Below, piece by piece: positions 10,723-20,621 of a stretch of 64,000 bases of DNA. Every line of letters begins with the position of its first letter. Position 1 is the stretch's first letter. The notes below the pieces were generated by a model. It did not search any database. It saw only the letters and a list, made by a program, of their open reading frames with translations, and was not told the DNA's origin. The position numbers and the translations under genes are program-made. The DNA comes from Patescibacteria group bacterium. GTDB taxonomy: Bacteria; Patescibacteriota; Patescibacteriia; 2-01-FULL-39-33. Where the stretch lies: positions 701,181 to 765,180 of the forward strand of contig JBAZKF010000001.1 in the NCBI GenBank assembly GCA_041650895.1, in the 5' to 3' direction.

Positions 10723-10730
10723 TTTATTTT

Positions 10731-10818
10731 GGAGAGGTGTCTGAGTGGTTGAAGGTACCGCTCTCGAAAAGCGGCAGGGGTTTATAGCCCCTCGGGAGTT
10801 CGAATCTCCCCCTCTCCG
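10731..10818 (+). tRNA. tRNA-Ser (anticodon CGA)
   Basis: GGAGAGG acceptor, long variable arm, anticodon loop CTCGAAA, T-arm GGGAGTTCGAATCTCCC; 88 nt. Confidence 0.85.
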
Positions 10819-11057
10819 CATAGTGAGATTTGCCCGATTTTCGGGCAGAAGTTTCAGAATTCGCCAACCAGTTTTGGCCTGAAATTCAAATTTTTTGGCT
10901 TCCAAAATGAAGTTCGAGCCGATATTTTTCCAGGTTCTTTAGTGGTTTTCAATCCGAAAGGACGGGCGGATGGAGGGGTTGGGGGAGGAAATTCGCCCGC
11001 TCATCAATTTTTGGGGGTGAAATCGGTTCGAATTTTTTTGTAAACACACCATAAACT

Positions 11058-11107
11058 AAAACAATATAAAAAGACCTGACTTTTGCAGATCTTTTTATAT
11101 TGTTTTA
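11058..11107. repeat. Palindromic repeat family A copy 1 (likely bidirectional terminator)
   Basis: AAAACAATATAAAAAGA-CC...-TCTTTTTATATTGTTTT, 17-bp perfect inverted arms. Confidence 0.7.
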
Positions 11108-11209
11108 TGGTTAGGGCGGACATACCTACCGGCGGACAGGCGGGACGGAGGGGATTTTAGAAAAAATAAAAACGCCATCCGAGAAAACCCGGATGGCTGG
11201 ATATGTGTT

Positions 11210-12373
11210 TTATGCGAGTTGCAGTTGGACGGCGCGGCGATTGACCAATCCGCCATACAATTTTATTTGTTTCGCACTCATGGCGGATTGGAAATCATTG
11301 ATCGCTTCCAGGGACTCGCATTTAGCGACGGCCGCAACAAACCAAGAGTCGATCATTACTCGTTCATCTTGGCTATATGATAGCCATTCTTTTGAAGTTA
11401 CCAGGCGTTCGACTTCCCCCAGATTAGTACAGAGCCCCAGCAACTTCTTGAGCACTATTTTTGTTATGGTTTGCGATTGCTCTTCAATTGCATCGCTTAG
11501 GCATTTATAAGTGATATTTCGAGCTCTGTTAGCCAAGCAAGCAAGAAGATCTAGATCGTCCGTTGCGGCACAAGCGTTCTCAATGATTCGCGCCTCCGCA
11601 ACGGCAATTTTCTTACCGAGTAATTCTCGTCGTTCTTCTCTCTCGCCTCTTTTGGAATAGAAGTTTCTGTTGGTATCGGTCCTCTCTAAGATTTCGACAA
11701 TCTTCTGCATGACGCTGTCGATCTGTCCTACCATTTCAAGTGTTGTTACTTGATCCAGTTCGGCAACACACTGATACAATAGTCCGTTATAGTTGCAGTC
11801 CAAGTTGAATAAACGGATCAACTCAAACTTCTTGGAAACATTCGGCGCCGAATCGATGTAGGCGCGTTTGGCGCTGTAGTCAAACCGCATCTTGCCGACT
11901 AAGTCAAGCAGTTCGCTAAATTCTTGGAAACTACTACAACTACTGCCGGAAACCAGACACGCGTATTTCAGCTCGTTTTCTTCCTCCCATAACGGCAGGG
12001 GGCTCTTCCCCGGCCAGTATTCTCTGATGTCATCGGCCGAAATGTTTTTGACAAGTCGCTGCCGGCAATTCTTGTCTTGAGCGGCAATGTAGTTGAATAG
12101 GTTGACACCCTTCTCCTCGCATAACCGCTTGGTCGCTTGGAACTCCTCCAGCTCGCGTTGCTCTCGCGCCCGCTGTTCTTGTTCCTTTTGTTCGGCTTGA
12201 GCAGTCTCCTCCCCCAGTGTTTCAGTGGTTACCCGGATGCTTTCCGGAGTAACTTCTGGTTGCCATTTCGATTTTTCGGTTTCCTGCGTGTTTTTCGTGC
12301 GGGTGAACCACCCCTGCAAGTAACCAAACATCACGACTCCAGCCACAATACAAATTATCGTTGCATATACCAT
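11210..12373 (-). CDS. Membrane-anchored hypothetical protein with coiled-coil region
   Basis: N-terminal TM, charged coiled-coil segment; promoter TTGACA-18-TGCTATAAT at ~12440-12475 (minus strand); RBS AAGGAGAACG. Confidence 0.55.
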   Translation of the reverse strand: MVYATIICIVAGVVMFGYLQGWFTRTKNTQETEKSKWQPEVTPESIRVTTETLGEETAQAEQKEQEQRAREQRELEEFQATKRLCEEKGVNLFNYIAAQDKNCRQRLVKNISADDIREYWPGKSPLPLWEEENELKYACLVSGSSCSSFQEFSELLDLVGKMRFDYSAKRAYIDSAPNVSKKFELIRLFNLDCNYNGLLYQCVAELDQVTTLEMVGQIDSVMQKIVEILERTDTNRNFYSKRGEREERRELLGKKIAVAEARIIENACAATDDLDLLACLANRARNITYKCLSDAIEEQSQTITKIVLKKLLGLCTNLGEVERLVTSKEWLSYSQDERVMIDSWFVAAVAKCESLEAINDFQSAMSAKQIKLYGGLVNRRAVQLQLA

Positions 12374-12584
12374 GTCCGTTCTCCTTGTAGTGGCGTTCTA
12401 AGGCCACGTTTTGAAAGGCCGATATTCCATACTTTGGAATATATAATTATAGCATATGGATATTATTTTGTCAATATATTTATCCACAGATTAATTATAT
12501 TTTCTCTAAATTTAGCTAAAAAATTATTATAAATTATTAAAATTTATCTAATTTTAGTTGAAAACTGGTGAAAATCTTACCTAA

Positions 12585-12618
12585 TCAATTTTTCCAAAAT
12601 CACTCCATAAGTCCCGCT
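12585..12618. repeat. Repeat family B copy 1 (TCAATTTTTCCAAAATCACYCCRTAAGYCCCGCT)
   Basis: 30/34 identical to 57041-57074, including an uninterrupted 19-mer. Confidence 0.7.
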
Positions 12619-12718
12619 AAACAATACTAATATGAGGTACTTATTTTATGAGTATCAAATCTGGTAACAAAAAATGCCGAAAACTTCTTGTTTCCGGCAT
12701 TGTTGTGCTTTTAGCGCG

Positions 12719-13042
12719 TTAATTAATAACTTCCTGCGGTCTTTGTTCATTGTCCAGCTTAATAGCCAGCGCCAGGAGCATCAGCGCATTTTTTACCCTG
12801 GGACTGCTTCCTCCGCCGAGAGGAGATCGATAACGCAATGACGGACCGTGATGTTTATCGGTTTTGATCCAAGCGTCTCCATCTTTAGTAAACTGCACCA
12901 TTAAACGGCCGGTAAACGTTCCATCATGATCATCATGAATTCTTTCAAATACCCGATTTGCTTCTAACTCGGGAATCCAAAAGGGATTATTTAGAACGCG
13001 ATGCGCATCTTTGATTAAACGTTCAACTGATGGCTCTGTCAT
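12719..13042 (-). CDS. Hypothetical protein
   Basis: 107-aa ORF, no recognisable family. Confidence 0.45.
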   Translation of the reverse strand: MTEPSVERLIKDAHRVLNNPFWIPELEANRVFERIHDDHDGTFTGRLMVQFTKDGDAWIKTDKHHGPSLRYRSPLGGGSSPRVKNALMLLALAIKLDNEQRPQEVIN

Positions 13043-13358
13043 TTGTCGGTCTCCTTTGTTTTCAGTTGGTTGTATTACCGGACACTATCTATAGTAGTTA
13101 TGATAATCTATCATGGAGTAATTCGTTTGTCAATCAGTGTATCTTTTTCGGGATGCAATAATAATTAGCTCTTAAAAATTTTCTGTTTTTCATTTGCACA
13201 AATTTCTGTATTTTGTTATAACTATACTTAGCAGATCTTTTATCGCGTTTGAAATGGCAAGTCGATTATTTTAGGCGCTTAAGAGATTATTAATCATTAA
13301 CTTTGTTTTATGCTTAGCTCGCGCTTAGCGTCGGGCAAGCGGAAAGAAGAATAAAACT

Positions 13359-14120
13359 ATGAAAAATAAAATTTTAACGATTGTCACCATAGTGGCAACT
13401 CTCACTTTTGCCGGTCAGGCCTATGCCGCTAATCAGGGCAGTAATAACGGATCCGATAGTCAGACTCAGCAACAAACTCAAACCACTAACCAAGGGGAGG
13501 ACAGTCAGATCCAGGTACAGAATAACGAGCAGGCTCAAAGCGGAAACACCACAGGAATAAACGCTGAAGAACCGGTACAGCAACGGACACAGCAACAATT
13601 ACGGGATGAAAGCGAAGCGGGAGGGCAAATCCAAAACCAGAATCAGATTCAAGCTGGTGGACAGGAGGCGGTACAAAGCCAAAGTGGCATGGATTCTGTA
13701 ATTACGCAACAAAGAAGAAGCCAGGTCGCCAATGCCGTGCAGGAATTATTGCAAGTGTCCGAGAGAAACGGCGGTATCGGTGAGCAAGTGAGAGTGATTG
13801 CCCAGTCGCAGAATCAGAATCGGGAAAATCTGGAAGCCAGCTTGGAGAAAGTCCAAAACAGAAGCGGTTTAGCCAAATTTTTTGTCGGTCCCGATTATGG
13901 CGAGATAAATAAAGCGCAAAAATTTCTGGAGCAAAACCGCGAGCAAATTCAGCAATTAAACCAAATTAAAGATCAGTTTGTGAATCAAGGCGATCAGCAG
14001 ATGCTGATCCAGCAAATACAGATATTAGAGCAGGCCGACTTGGAAATTGGCAATTATTTGGGAACGGCGCAGAAAGGCTTCAGTTTATTGGGCTGGATGT
14101 TTAGATTGTTCGCCAGATAA
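13359..14120 (+). CDS. Secreted Gln/Asn-rich low-complexity protein
   Basis: Signal peptide MKNKILTIVTIVATLTFAGQAYA followed by Q/N/S-rich repeats. Confidence 0.6.
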   Translation: MKNKILTIVTIVATLTFAGQAYAANQGSNNGSDSQTQQQTQTTNQGEDSQIQVQNNEQAQSGNTTGINAEEPVQQRTQQQLRDESEAGGQIQNQNQIQAGGQEAVQSQSGMDSVITQQRRSQVANAVQELLQVSERNGGIGEQVRVIAQSQNQNRENLEASLEKVQNRSGLAKFFVGPDYGEINKAQKFLEQNREQIQQLNQIKDQFVNQGDQQMLIQQIQILEQADLEIGNYLGTAQKGFSLLGWMFRLFAR

Positions 14121-14144
14121 TTCATTATTTTTTGTGATTATCAT

Positions 14145-14411
14145 ATGGCGACAATACATAAGAAAATTTGGCCCCAATATTTTTCTGCCGTGACTTCAGG
14201 CAAGAAAAAGTATGAATTGCGCCTGAATGACTTTGAAGTGCGCGAAGGCGATATTCTGGTATTAGAGGAGTGGGATCCATTGACAGAAAAGTATACCGGC
14301 AGGTCTATAGAAAAGACGGTGACTTATGTCGGCAAATTCAATTTAGATAAGCTTTTTTGGCCTAAGGAGGAAATAGAAGACAAGGGATTATTAGTGATTT
14401 CTTTGGAGTAA
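14145..14411 (+). CDS. DUF3850-like (ASCH/PUA-like) small protein
   Basis: KIWPQYFSAVTSGKKKYELRLND...GDILVLEEWD matches the DUF3850 signature as recalled. Confidence 0.5.
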   Translation: MATIHKKIWPQYFSAVTSGKKKYELRLNDFEVREGDILVLEEWDPLTEKYTGRSIEKTVTYVGKFNLDKLFWPKEEIEDKGLLVISLE

Positions 14412-14416
14412 TAAAA

Positions 14417-14450
14417 TAAAAAGCCGCCTTGCTTGATGAGGCGGCTTTTA
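14417..14450. terminator. Bidirectional intrinsic terminator
   Basis: AAAAGCCGCCTTGCTTGATGAGGCGGCTTTT, A/T runs on both sides, between convergent genes. Confidence 0.7.
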
Positions 14451-14460
14451 TAATAGATCG

Positions 14461-17400
14461 CTATTTGCCGGCAATCTTATCTTTAAGTTTGTCTAATAAT
14501 GACTCAAAAGTCCGGACAAGAATCTGATTGGGGTCATTCTCTCCTGGTTTGGCGGCAAAGACTTCACCAAGGAGTTGCCCGCGGAAATTAACCGTGGCCC
14601 TAAAGGAGTTTTTTGACGGATCATAAAGCCAATCAATCAGCGGCGCTTGTCCTTTGGTTAATCCTAAGTTAATCGGCGTTGGTGTCTTAAAAGTAACATC
14701 GCCGGTGAAAGCGCTGACATGGGTTTGCGACACTTCAAAATCCGGCATATTAAATTCTTTTTTGTAATAACCATTTAAGCCATTGGTTTGAAAAACCCTT
14801 TCCAGTGATCCGCCTACTCCTTGGCTACGACCCAAAGCCGAGCCATGCAACACTTCCAGCCAATCAGCTATGTTTTTCTGGTTACGAAAAATATCATTAG
14901 TGTTGATGAGCCCGATTAGTTTGGCATTCCCGGCCACTTCCGGGTGGTCTAAAAATTCCAGCAGTTTTTCCGCCGATTGATCATGGCTGGAAACCAGTTC
15001 TATTAAGCCGACTGACGGTTTGAATTCCGGATGATGGTAAAAGTAATCGGTTAATACCGCGAGTTTTTCTTGGTCAGTTTGACCAGTCGTCTCCATGGCG
15101 GCAGTCTGAAGGATCTCAGCCGATCCCGGGTACTTGGCATCAATGTTGCTTAATATTTTTTCTGTTGCTGTTACAGAAATGGGTGATTCGGCAGTGACGG
15201 CCGGAGCAGTAACTTCGGCGGCTGCGGTCCCCGGCTTATTTTCCAGGTATTCAAATTCTTTGGCAATCATGGCGCCGTGCTCTCCGACCGGTTTGCTATC
15301 TATGAATTCGTGGACGTGATTTTTATTATCTAAAAGATATTGAGCGTGGCCAATGCCGCCGCCCGCAACGCGGATTTCCGCCCCGGTTTTCGGATCGACA
15401 TAATGTTCGTCAATGGCGATTTGATGCGCTCGCATGCCAGCCCAATGATGCAGGGCGTTTTTGTTTTCCAGGTCTCCAGCATAGCCGAGTTCTTTGGCGT
15501 TAGCTTCCAATTGTCGATGCAGGGCGTGTTCGATACCCTCGCCTTTGCCAATAGTCGCCAGGCCTAGTTGTTCTTTGGGTGGGATAAACTCGGTATGCTC
15601 AAGCTTGGCAATGGCCGCCGGAGCAGTTCCCGTTTCAACTGAGGCAACTTCGGTGCTACTAGTTGACGGAGCTGGTTCATTCTGCCACCAAGAGCCGATT
15701 TTATGGGCCGCGGCGCCGGCCGCTTCTCCCAGGGCTATTCCGGCTAAGGCTCCAGCGATAACTCCCGCCGTTTTAACGGCGTTTCGTTTGTATTTTTTGC
15801 TGTCAAGATTTGTTTTTTCTGATTCTAACTCTTTGAATTTTTCAAAAATATCATTAGCCTCTGCCTCCTGATCAATAATATATTTTTCAGTGTTAATTTT
15901 TTCTCCCCAACCTTTTTTCCCGCTAAGGTATTCGGCTCCGACTGCTCCCAGTTTGGCGCCGGCGAGTCCGCTGACAACTCTTCTGCCCCAAGCGCCGGCT
16001 CCGCCATAACGCAGAGCTTGGCCGATCCCAAACAAGGCCGCGCTGGTGACAGTCTTTTCTCCGGCACTGCTTCCGCCGGCTAGAAAGAGTTTGTCTACCC
16101 CTTTGACCGCCTTGTTGGCCCAAGGGTGCTTATCCAGCCAATCAGCGTTGGTTCTGTTTAGTAGGTTATAATGTTGTTCTAAGGCCTCCAATCCCCGGGT
16201 ATCAAAAGCCACCTCTACGGTAGAAACATTTTCCAATATGTCGGGGTTGACAGTCAAACAGTCAGCTAATGAACCCTCTCGGTTCTGGCCTAACTGCAAT
16301 TGCTTGGCTATAGCCAAATCAGCAAAGAATCCTTTTAAGTAATCTTTTTGCGCTGATTCGTTTTCAGTCAGTTCTTGCCTGATTTCTTGCAATTTCTCCT
16401 CCTCTTCTTTTCTGGTTTTTTTGCCGACGAGGTGAATGTCCGCCAATCTAATGGCGCCAATAGCCAAAGGAGAGAAAAAAGATGCCAGGCCGCCGGTAGC
16501 AATTGAAATGCCAATGCCACCACCGATATACAGAGCGCTTTTAGCCAGGGCCTTACCCGCTTCTTTCTTAAAGCTTTTACTTCCAGCTATTTTTTTCTGC
16601 GCTTCCTGACGCAACTTGTTTTCTTGTTGTTGGAAGATTTGCCTTACTGCTTTCTCATCCAAGCCGGATGCCTCGGCATAATTTTTGACTATTTTTTCCA
16701 GCAAAACCGTATTTTCTTTTTTCTGGGGGTTAGATAGTATTTCTATCAATTGGTTTCCCGGTATCTTCCCCAGTTCTGATTTTCTGATTGTCTTAATGGA
16801 AGCAAAGCCGGCTTCGTATTTAGCCCGTAATTTTTCATCAGGACTCAAGGTCGCAATAGTATTATTGCCTCTTCTTCCGGCAACTAATCTTTGGGAATTG
16901 AGTTCGTTGAATATTTCAACAAGGTTCTTGCTGACGACAGCCGGTGGTGGCGTTTCCAAAGTGCTTAAAATATATGATAATTCTTCCGGACTTAGTGGTG
17001 ATGATTCAGGCTCCTCCGGTTCAAGAGGTGCTTCTGCCGGGATGGTTTTTTTTGTTGTCGTTTCCGGTGTCGGCAATGCCGGGGTGGTCTTTTGAATTGG
17101 TGCGTCTTCGGTAATAGGCGGTAAGGCACTGACCTCGTCGGGCGATTCAAGTATAGCAGAAAGCGCATCAGGCACCTCGGGCAAGGCCGAGGTTACCGGT
17201 GCTTCGCTAGTGCTTGCTTCTTCATCTTCTCCCCCCAGCCAACTTTTCAATAAGGCATTAGTTGCTCTAGCCGTAGCCGAAAAAGTTTCTGCTTGTTTAA
17301 CCGCCGCCTCTTTGGATTCAGCGGTATCGCCGGCAGCGGCAGCTTCCATTTCGATGGCATGTTCTATCTCTGCCAGAAGTCTTTCAGCAGTGTTTAAATC

Positions 17401-17544
17401 ATTATTCGTCGCTTGTTCTTCGGATACGGCATCAAGTTCGGCAAGTAGTCTGGCTAACTCCGGGTTTTCATTCAAAGACAAGCCAAACTTTTGTTCGGCT
17501 CCGCCGTCTTTTGGCAATGTTTTTTCATCTTTTTTTCTTGTCAT
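14461..17544 (-). CDS. Giant (1027 aa) hypothetical protein, GC-elevated, with acidic/Pro-Thr-rich low-complexity N-terminal half and Gly-rich membrane-like segments
   Basis: Single long ORF; segments GGGIGISIATGGLASFFSPLAIGAI and AGVIAGALAGIALGEAAGAAA; no catalytic motif recognised. Confidence 0.6.
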   Translation of the reverse strand: MTRKKDEKTLPKDGGAEQKFGLSLNENPELARLLAELDAVSEEQATNNDLNTAERLLAEIEHAIEMEAAAAGDTAESKEAAVKQAETFSATARATNALLKSWLGGEDEEASTSEAPVTSALPEVPDALSAILESPDEVSALPPITEDAPIQKTTPALPTPETTTKKTIPAEAPLEPEEPESSPLSPEELSYILSTLETPPPAVVSKNLVEIFNELNSQRLVAGRRGNNTIATLSPDEKLRAKYEAGFASIKTIRKSELGKIPGNQLIEILSNPQKKENTVLLEKIVKNYAEASGLDEKAVRQIFQQQENKLRQEAQKKIAGSKSFKKEAGKALAKSALYIGGGIGISIATGGLASFFSPLAIGAIRLADIHLVGKKTRKEEEEKLQEIRQELTENESAQKDYLKGFFADLAIAKQLQLGQNREGSLADCLTVNPDILENVSTVEVAFDTRGLEALEQHYNLLNRTNADWLDKHPWANKAVKGVDKLFLAGGSSAGEKTVTSAALFGIGQALRYGGAGAWGRRVVSGLAGAKLGAVGAEYLSGKKGWGEKINTEKYIIDQEAEANDIFEKFKELESEKTNLDSKKYKRNAVKTAGVIAGALAGIALGEAAGAAAHKIGSWWQNEPAPSTSSTEVASVETGTAPAAIAKLEHTEFIPPKEQLGLATIGKGEGIEHALHRQLEANAKELGYAGDLENKNALHHWAGMRAHQIAIDEHYVDPKTGAEIRVAGGGIGHAQYLLDNKNHVHEFIDSKPVGEHGAMIAKEFEYLENKPGTAAAEVTAPAVTAESPISVTATEKILSNIDAKYPGSAEILQTAAMETTGQTDQEKLAVLTDYFYHHPEFKPSVGLIELVSSHDQSAEKLLEFLDHPEVAGNAKLIGLINTNDIFRNQKNIADWLEVLHGSALGRSQGVGGSLERVFQTNGLNGYYKKEFNMPDFEVSQTHVSAFTGDVTFKTPTPINLGLTKGQAPLIDWLYDPSKNSFRATVNFRGQLLGEVFAAKPGENDPNQILVRTFESLLDKLKDKIAGK

Positions 17545-17547
17545 AAA

Positions 17548-17757
17548 TTATCTGCCTAATCCTTTTAAGATCGCTTTGATTTTTTCTTCATCCAGTTTTT
17601 TTTGTTGAGCTTCTATCATTTTACGGCCTTCATTTTTTATTTTTTTTAATTGCAACATTGTTTCTCGATATAATTTATCCAGTTTTTTTAATTCTCGCGC
17701 CAGGTCGCCCTTTGTGGCTATTTTTTTAGTGACGATTTTTTGAACTTTTTTGGCCAT
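17548..17757 (-). CDS. Small basic coiled-coil protein
   Basis: 69 aa, K/E-rich; stop of upstream gene 7 nt away (operon with 14461..17544). Confidence 0.5.
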   Translation of the reverse strand: MAKKVQKIVTKKIATKGDLARELKKLDKLYRETMLQLKKIKNEGRKMIEAQQKKLDEEKIKAILKGLGR

Positions 17758-17764
17758 AATATAG

Positions 17765-18088
17765 TTATGCCGGCTCGTTTTTTTGAGTTAAAGCAACAAA
17801 ATCATTGGCGAAAGCAATTAAGCCATCCTTGACTTTTTGGTCAAAGTCAGGAATTTGATCGGCTAGTTCTTGGATTTTGGCATTGTCCAGTGTTTTATTA
17901 TCAATCATAGCTTGGAACTCTTGTTGTTTGGCCTCGTCAAGGTTTTGCAAAAGAATCAGTCCTAATTGTTGGTTGAGTAGCTCTTCCAACTTAGTCATGT
18001 ATTGCGCCTTAAATTCTTGGGACATTTGGTCTAGACCGGCTTCAGCCATCAGTTTTTCCAAAAATGATTTGATAAATTCTTTATCCAT
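17765..18088 (-). CDS. Hypothetical acidic helical protein
   Basis: 107 aa, first gene of a three-gene minus-strand operon. Confidence 0.5.
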   Translation of the reverse strand: MDKEFIKSFLEKLMAEAGLDQMSQEFKAQYMTKLEELLNQQLGLILLQNLDEAKQQEFQAMIDNKTLDNAKIQELADQIPDFDQKVKDGLIAFANDFVALTQKNEPA

Positions 18089-18352
18089 AAATTTTGATTA
18101 ATTTTCTAATATTAATTATACCATATTTTGGCTAATTCAAGAAATTACTTATAAAACACTGATTATTATATATTATTTTATCTAATTTTAGATAAAATGT
18201 GTGATCAGCCGGCTAGTGGAGTTGATAAAGGTATTGACAAAATATTATAAGTATGATATAATGGAATGATTCGGCAACGTGAGCCGGAAGCACCTACTAA
18301 CTTTTGAATTACTGGTTACAAATCGGCAATCACCAAAGAGGAGGAAGAAGCC

Positions 18353-19051
18353 ATGTCTGGTGGTCAATTGAGTGGAAGCGTTCAGGATCAGCAACAAGAT
18401 CAACAATCCGGCGGTAGCCAGGATAAGCCCGCGTTAGCCGTCCCCCGGTTTATTTTTTACGGGCTCTTACTTTGCCTGGGCATGATGTTGTTTTTTGCGT
18501 TTGTAGTCGGCGGCGTGAAAAAGGACGTGTCTTCGTTGACGACACGTGTGATCGCCTTGGCGGCTAATCAGTCTGTGACGGATGAAGCTCAGTCCGTGAC
18601 GAATGAAGCGTTGGCATTCGGCGTGGCCAAGGCTAAGTCCCGGCTGGACAAACGCGTCCAGACCGAGAACGAGCAGCTCCTGGTTAAATGGCGGACAATT
18701 AGAGATCGGGGCGGCGATGATTCCGAACTCGGACAGAAATCCGAGAAGGAAATCAAACGACTGCTGACTAACGGCATCTGGGATATTGAGTCGACCATCA
18801 CCAAGGAGTATGACGAGTTGATGGCGACGTCAATCAGTGATGTTAGCGCCTTGGCTGATACGGCTAACAAGAAAGCCAAAGCCGCGCAAGCCGCCGCTGA
18901 CAACGCCCAAATAACGGCCAATGTCAGTATCCGGGCGACGGAAATTATTGCCCAACCGACGGCTTGCGCAAAACACTCGGTCAGCAAAGAGCAGAAGAAG
19001 AGTTTGCAAGAACTCTTGGCCGAGTACCGGCAAAGTCAAGCCGGAAGTTAA
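18353..19051 (+). CDS. Membrane-anchored hypothetical protein
   Basis: Promoter TTGACA-17-TATAAT at 18233-18261; RBS AGAGGAGGAAG; single TM. Confidence 0.55.
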   Translation: MSGGQLSGSVQDQQQDQQSGGSQDKPALAVPRFIFYGLLLCLGMMLFFAFVVGGVKKDVSSLTTRVIALAANQSVTDEAQSVTNEALAFGVAKAKSRLDKRVQTENEQLLVKWRTIRDRGGDDSELGQKSEKEIKRLLTNGIWDIESTITKEYDELMATSISDVSALADTANKKAKAAQAAADNAQITANVSIRATEIIAQPTACAKHSVSKEQKKSLQELLAEYRQSQAGS

Positions 19052-19148
19052 ATCAGAAGAACATTTTTTACCCCCGGGTCCATTATGGATTCCGGGGGTG
19101 ATTTTTTTAAGTTGTTTTTATATTTTTATGTTTTTATGTTATAATATT

Positions 19149-20585
19149 ATGAGTAAGAATAATATTATGACTAATACTAAAATTTATCTTTTTGCTTTGG
19201 TGGTGTTGGCGTTAGTGATGGCTACCGCCGGTTTCGGCTGTAAATTACTCAGCTCTGCCGAACAGGAAGCCGTTAAGCCGATCACTTTAAGTTACTGGCG
19301 CGTTTGGGATGATTCTGACGCTTTTGATGCAATTATCAAAGATTACCAAGTCCAGCATCCCAATATCACCATTAATTACCGCAAGTTTCGCATGGAAGAG
19401 TATGAGAGCTATCTGCTTAACGCCTTGGCCGAGGACCGCGGACCGGATATCTTTTCTATTCCTATTACTTGGCTGCCCAAATATGAGAATAAGATTTCGC
19501 CCTTGCCCGCCAAATACCAGATGGGCTACATTATAGAAAAAGGCACGATTCAGAAAGAACAAGTTGTTGAGTTAAGAACCAAAACCTCGCCCACCATCAG
19601 GGAAATCAAGTCTTTATTTTTTGATACCGTCAGTAATGATGTGATTATAGACAATAGGATTTACGGCTTGCCGCTCAGCTTGGAATCGCTTATCATGTTC
19701 TATAATAAGGATTTATTGAATCAAAACAGCATCGCTCAAGTGCCGACCGATTGGTCAGCGTTTCAGGACGCCGTGGAAAAGATCACCAAAGTCTCCGATA
19801 CTCAGAAAATTTTGGTGGCGGGCGCGGCTTTAGGTATGGGTTATAATATTAATTATGCTTTTGATATTTTGTCCGTCCTAATGATGCAAGCCGGAGCCAC
19901 CATGGCCGATGGCAATGGTTATGCCACCTTTTTTAAGAATATCCAGCAAGCGGACGGCAGTGGCGGTTACAAGACAGCCAATCCCGGGCAGACCGGGTTG
20001 CAATTCTATACTGATTTCGCCACCGTAGGAAAACGCGTCTATTCTTGGGATGCCTCTCTGCCTAACTCTTTTGATGCTTTTACCCAAGGCAAGTTAGCTT
20101 TTTTCTTCGGTTATAATTTTAATATTCCTCAGGTGCGAGCGCAATCGCGAGTTAATTTCGGCGTAGCGCCGATTCCTCAGATTGCCGGCAATCCCAGTAA
20201 GAATTACGCTGATTATTGGGTAGAGACTGTGACTAAAGCCTCTGCTCATCATAATGAGTCTTGGGATTTTCTGTTGTTCATTAATGACGCCGGAACTAAT
20301 AAGAGTTATCCGGAAATAAAAAAGTTTTTGGCTAAGACCTCCAAACCGACTGCTCTCCGCGATCTGCGCGATAGCCAATTGAGCAATGAAGATTTGTATC
20401 CTTCGGCTTATCAAGCGCCTTCAGCTTTCAGCTGGTACAAGGGCAAGAATTTCGACGCGGCCAAACAAGCCGTAATAGAAATGATTGAACAGTATCTCAA
20501 GATGTCCGATCCCCGACAGGAATTATCTAAGATTATCGGCGTGGCTGTGGAAAAAATCAATCAAACGGTCACCCAGCAGTATTAG
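19149..20585 (+). CDS. ABC transporter substrate-binding lipoprotein (family-1 sugar/solute SBP)
   Basis: Lipobox LVMATAGFGC; the long 18921 ORF is an upstream extension overlapping the previous gene and is rejected; TGTTATAAT just upstream of the ATG. Confidence 0.7.
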   Translation: MSKNNIMTNTKIYLFALVVLALVMATAGFGCKLLSSAEQEAVKPITLSYWRVWDDSDAFDAIIKDYQVQHPNITINYRKFRMEEYESYLLNALAEDRGPDIFSIPITWLPKYENKISPLPAKYQMGYIIEKGTIQKEQVVELRTKTSPTIREIKSLFFDTVSNDVIIDNRIYGLPLSLESLIMFYNKDLLNQNSIAQVPTDWSAFQDAVEKITKVSDTQKILVAGAALGMGYNINYAFDILSVLMMQAGATMADGNGYATFFKNIQQADGSGGYKTANPGQTGLQFYTDFATVGKRVYSWDASLPNSFDAFTQGKLAFFFGYNFNIPQVRAQSRVNFGVAPIPQIAGNPSKNYADYWVETVTKASAHHNESWDFLLFINDAGTNKSYPEIKKFLAKTSKPTALRDLRDSQLSNEDLYPSAYQAPSAFSWYKGKNFDAAKQAVIEMIEQYLKMSDPRQELSKIIGVAVEKINQTVTQQY

Positions 20586-20621
20586 CTTTTGTAATTGCTT
20601 TATTTTTGTTATAATACGCTT

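Noticed and set aside
15134-16123. Several 60-125-aa ORFs on both strands inside the giant gene 14461..17544, and similar antisense ORFs inside ileS (60021..60378, 61719..62168), rpsA (45837..46593), flippase, Elp3, thrS and others
   Set aside because: Embedded in or antisense to much longer, well-supported CDSs; low-complexity translations; no RBS.
18921-19148. Long N-terminal extension of the substrate-binding protein ORF
   Set aside because: Overlaps the end of the upstream gene and its terminator; translation is Arg/Lys-rich junk; a lipoprotein signal peptide begins at the internal Met with a -10 box just upstream.
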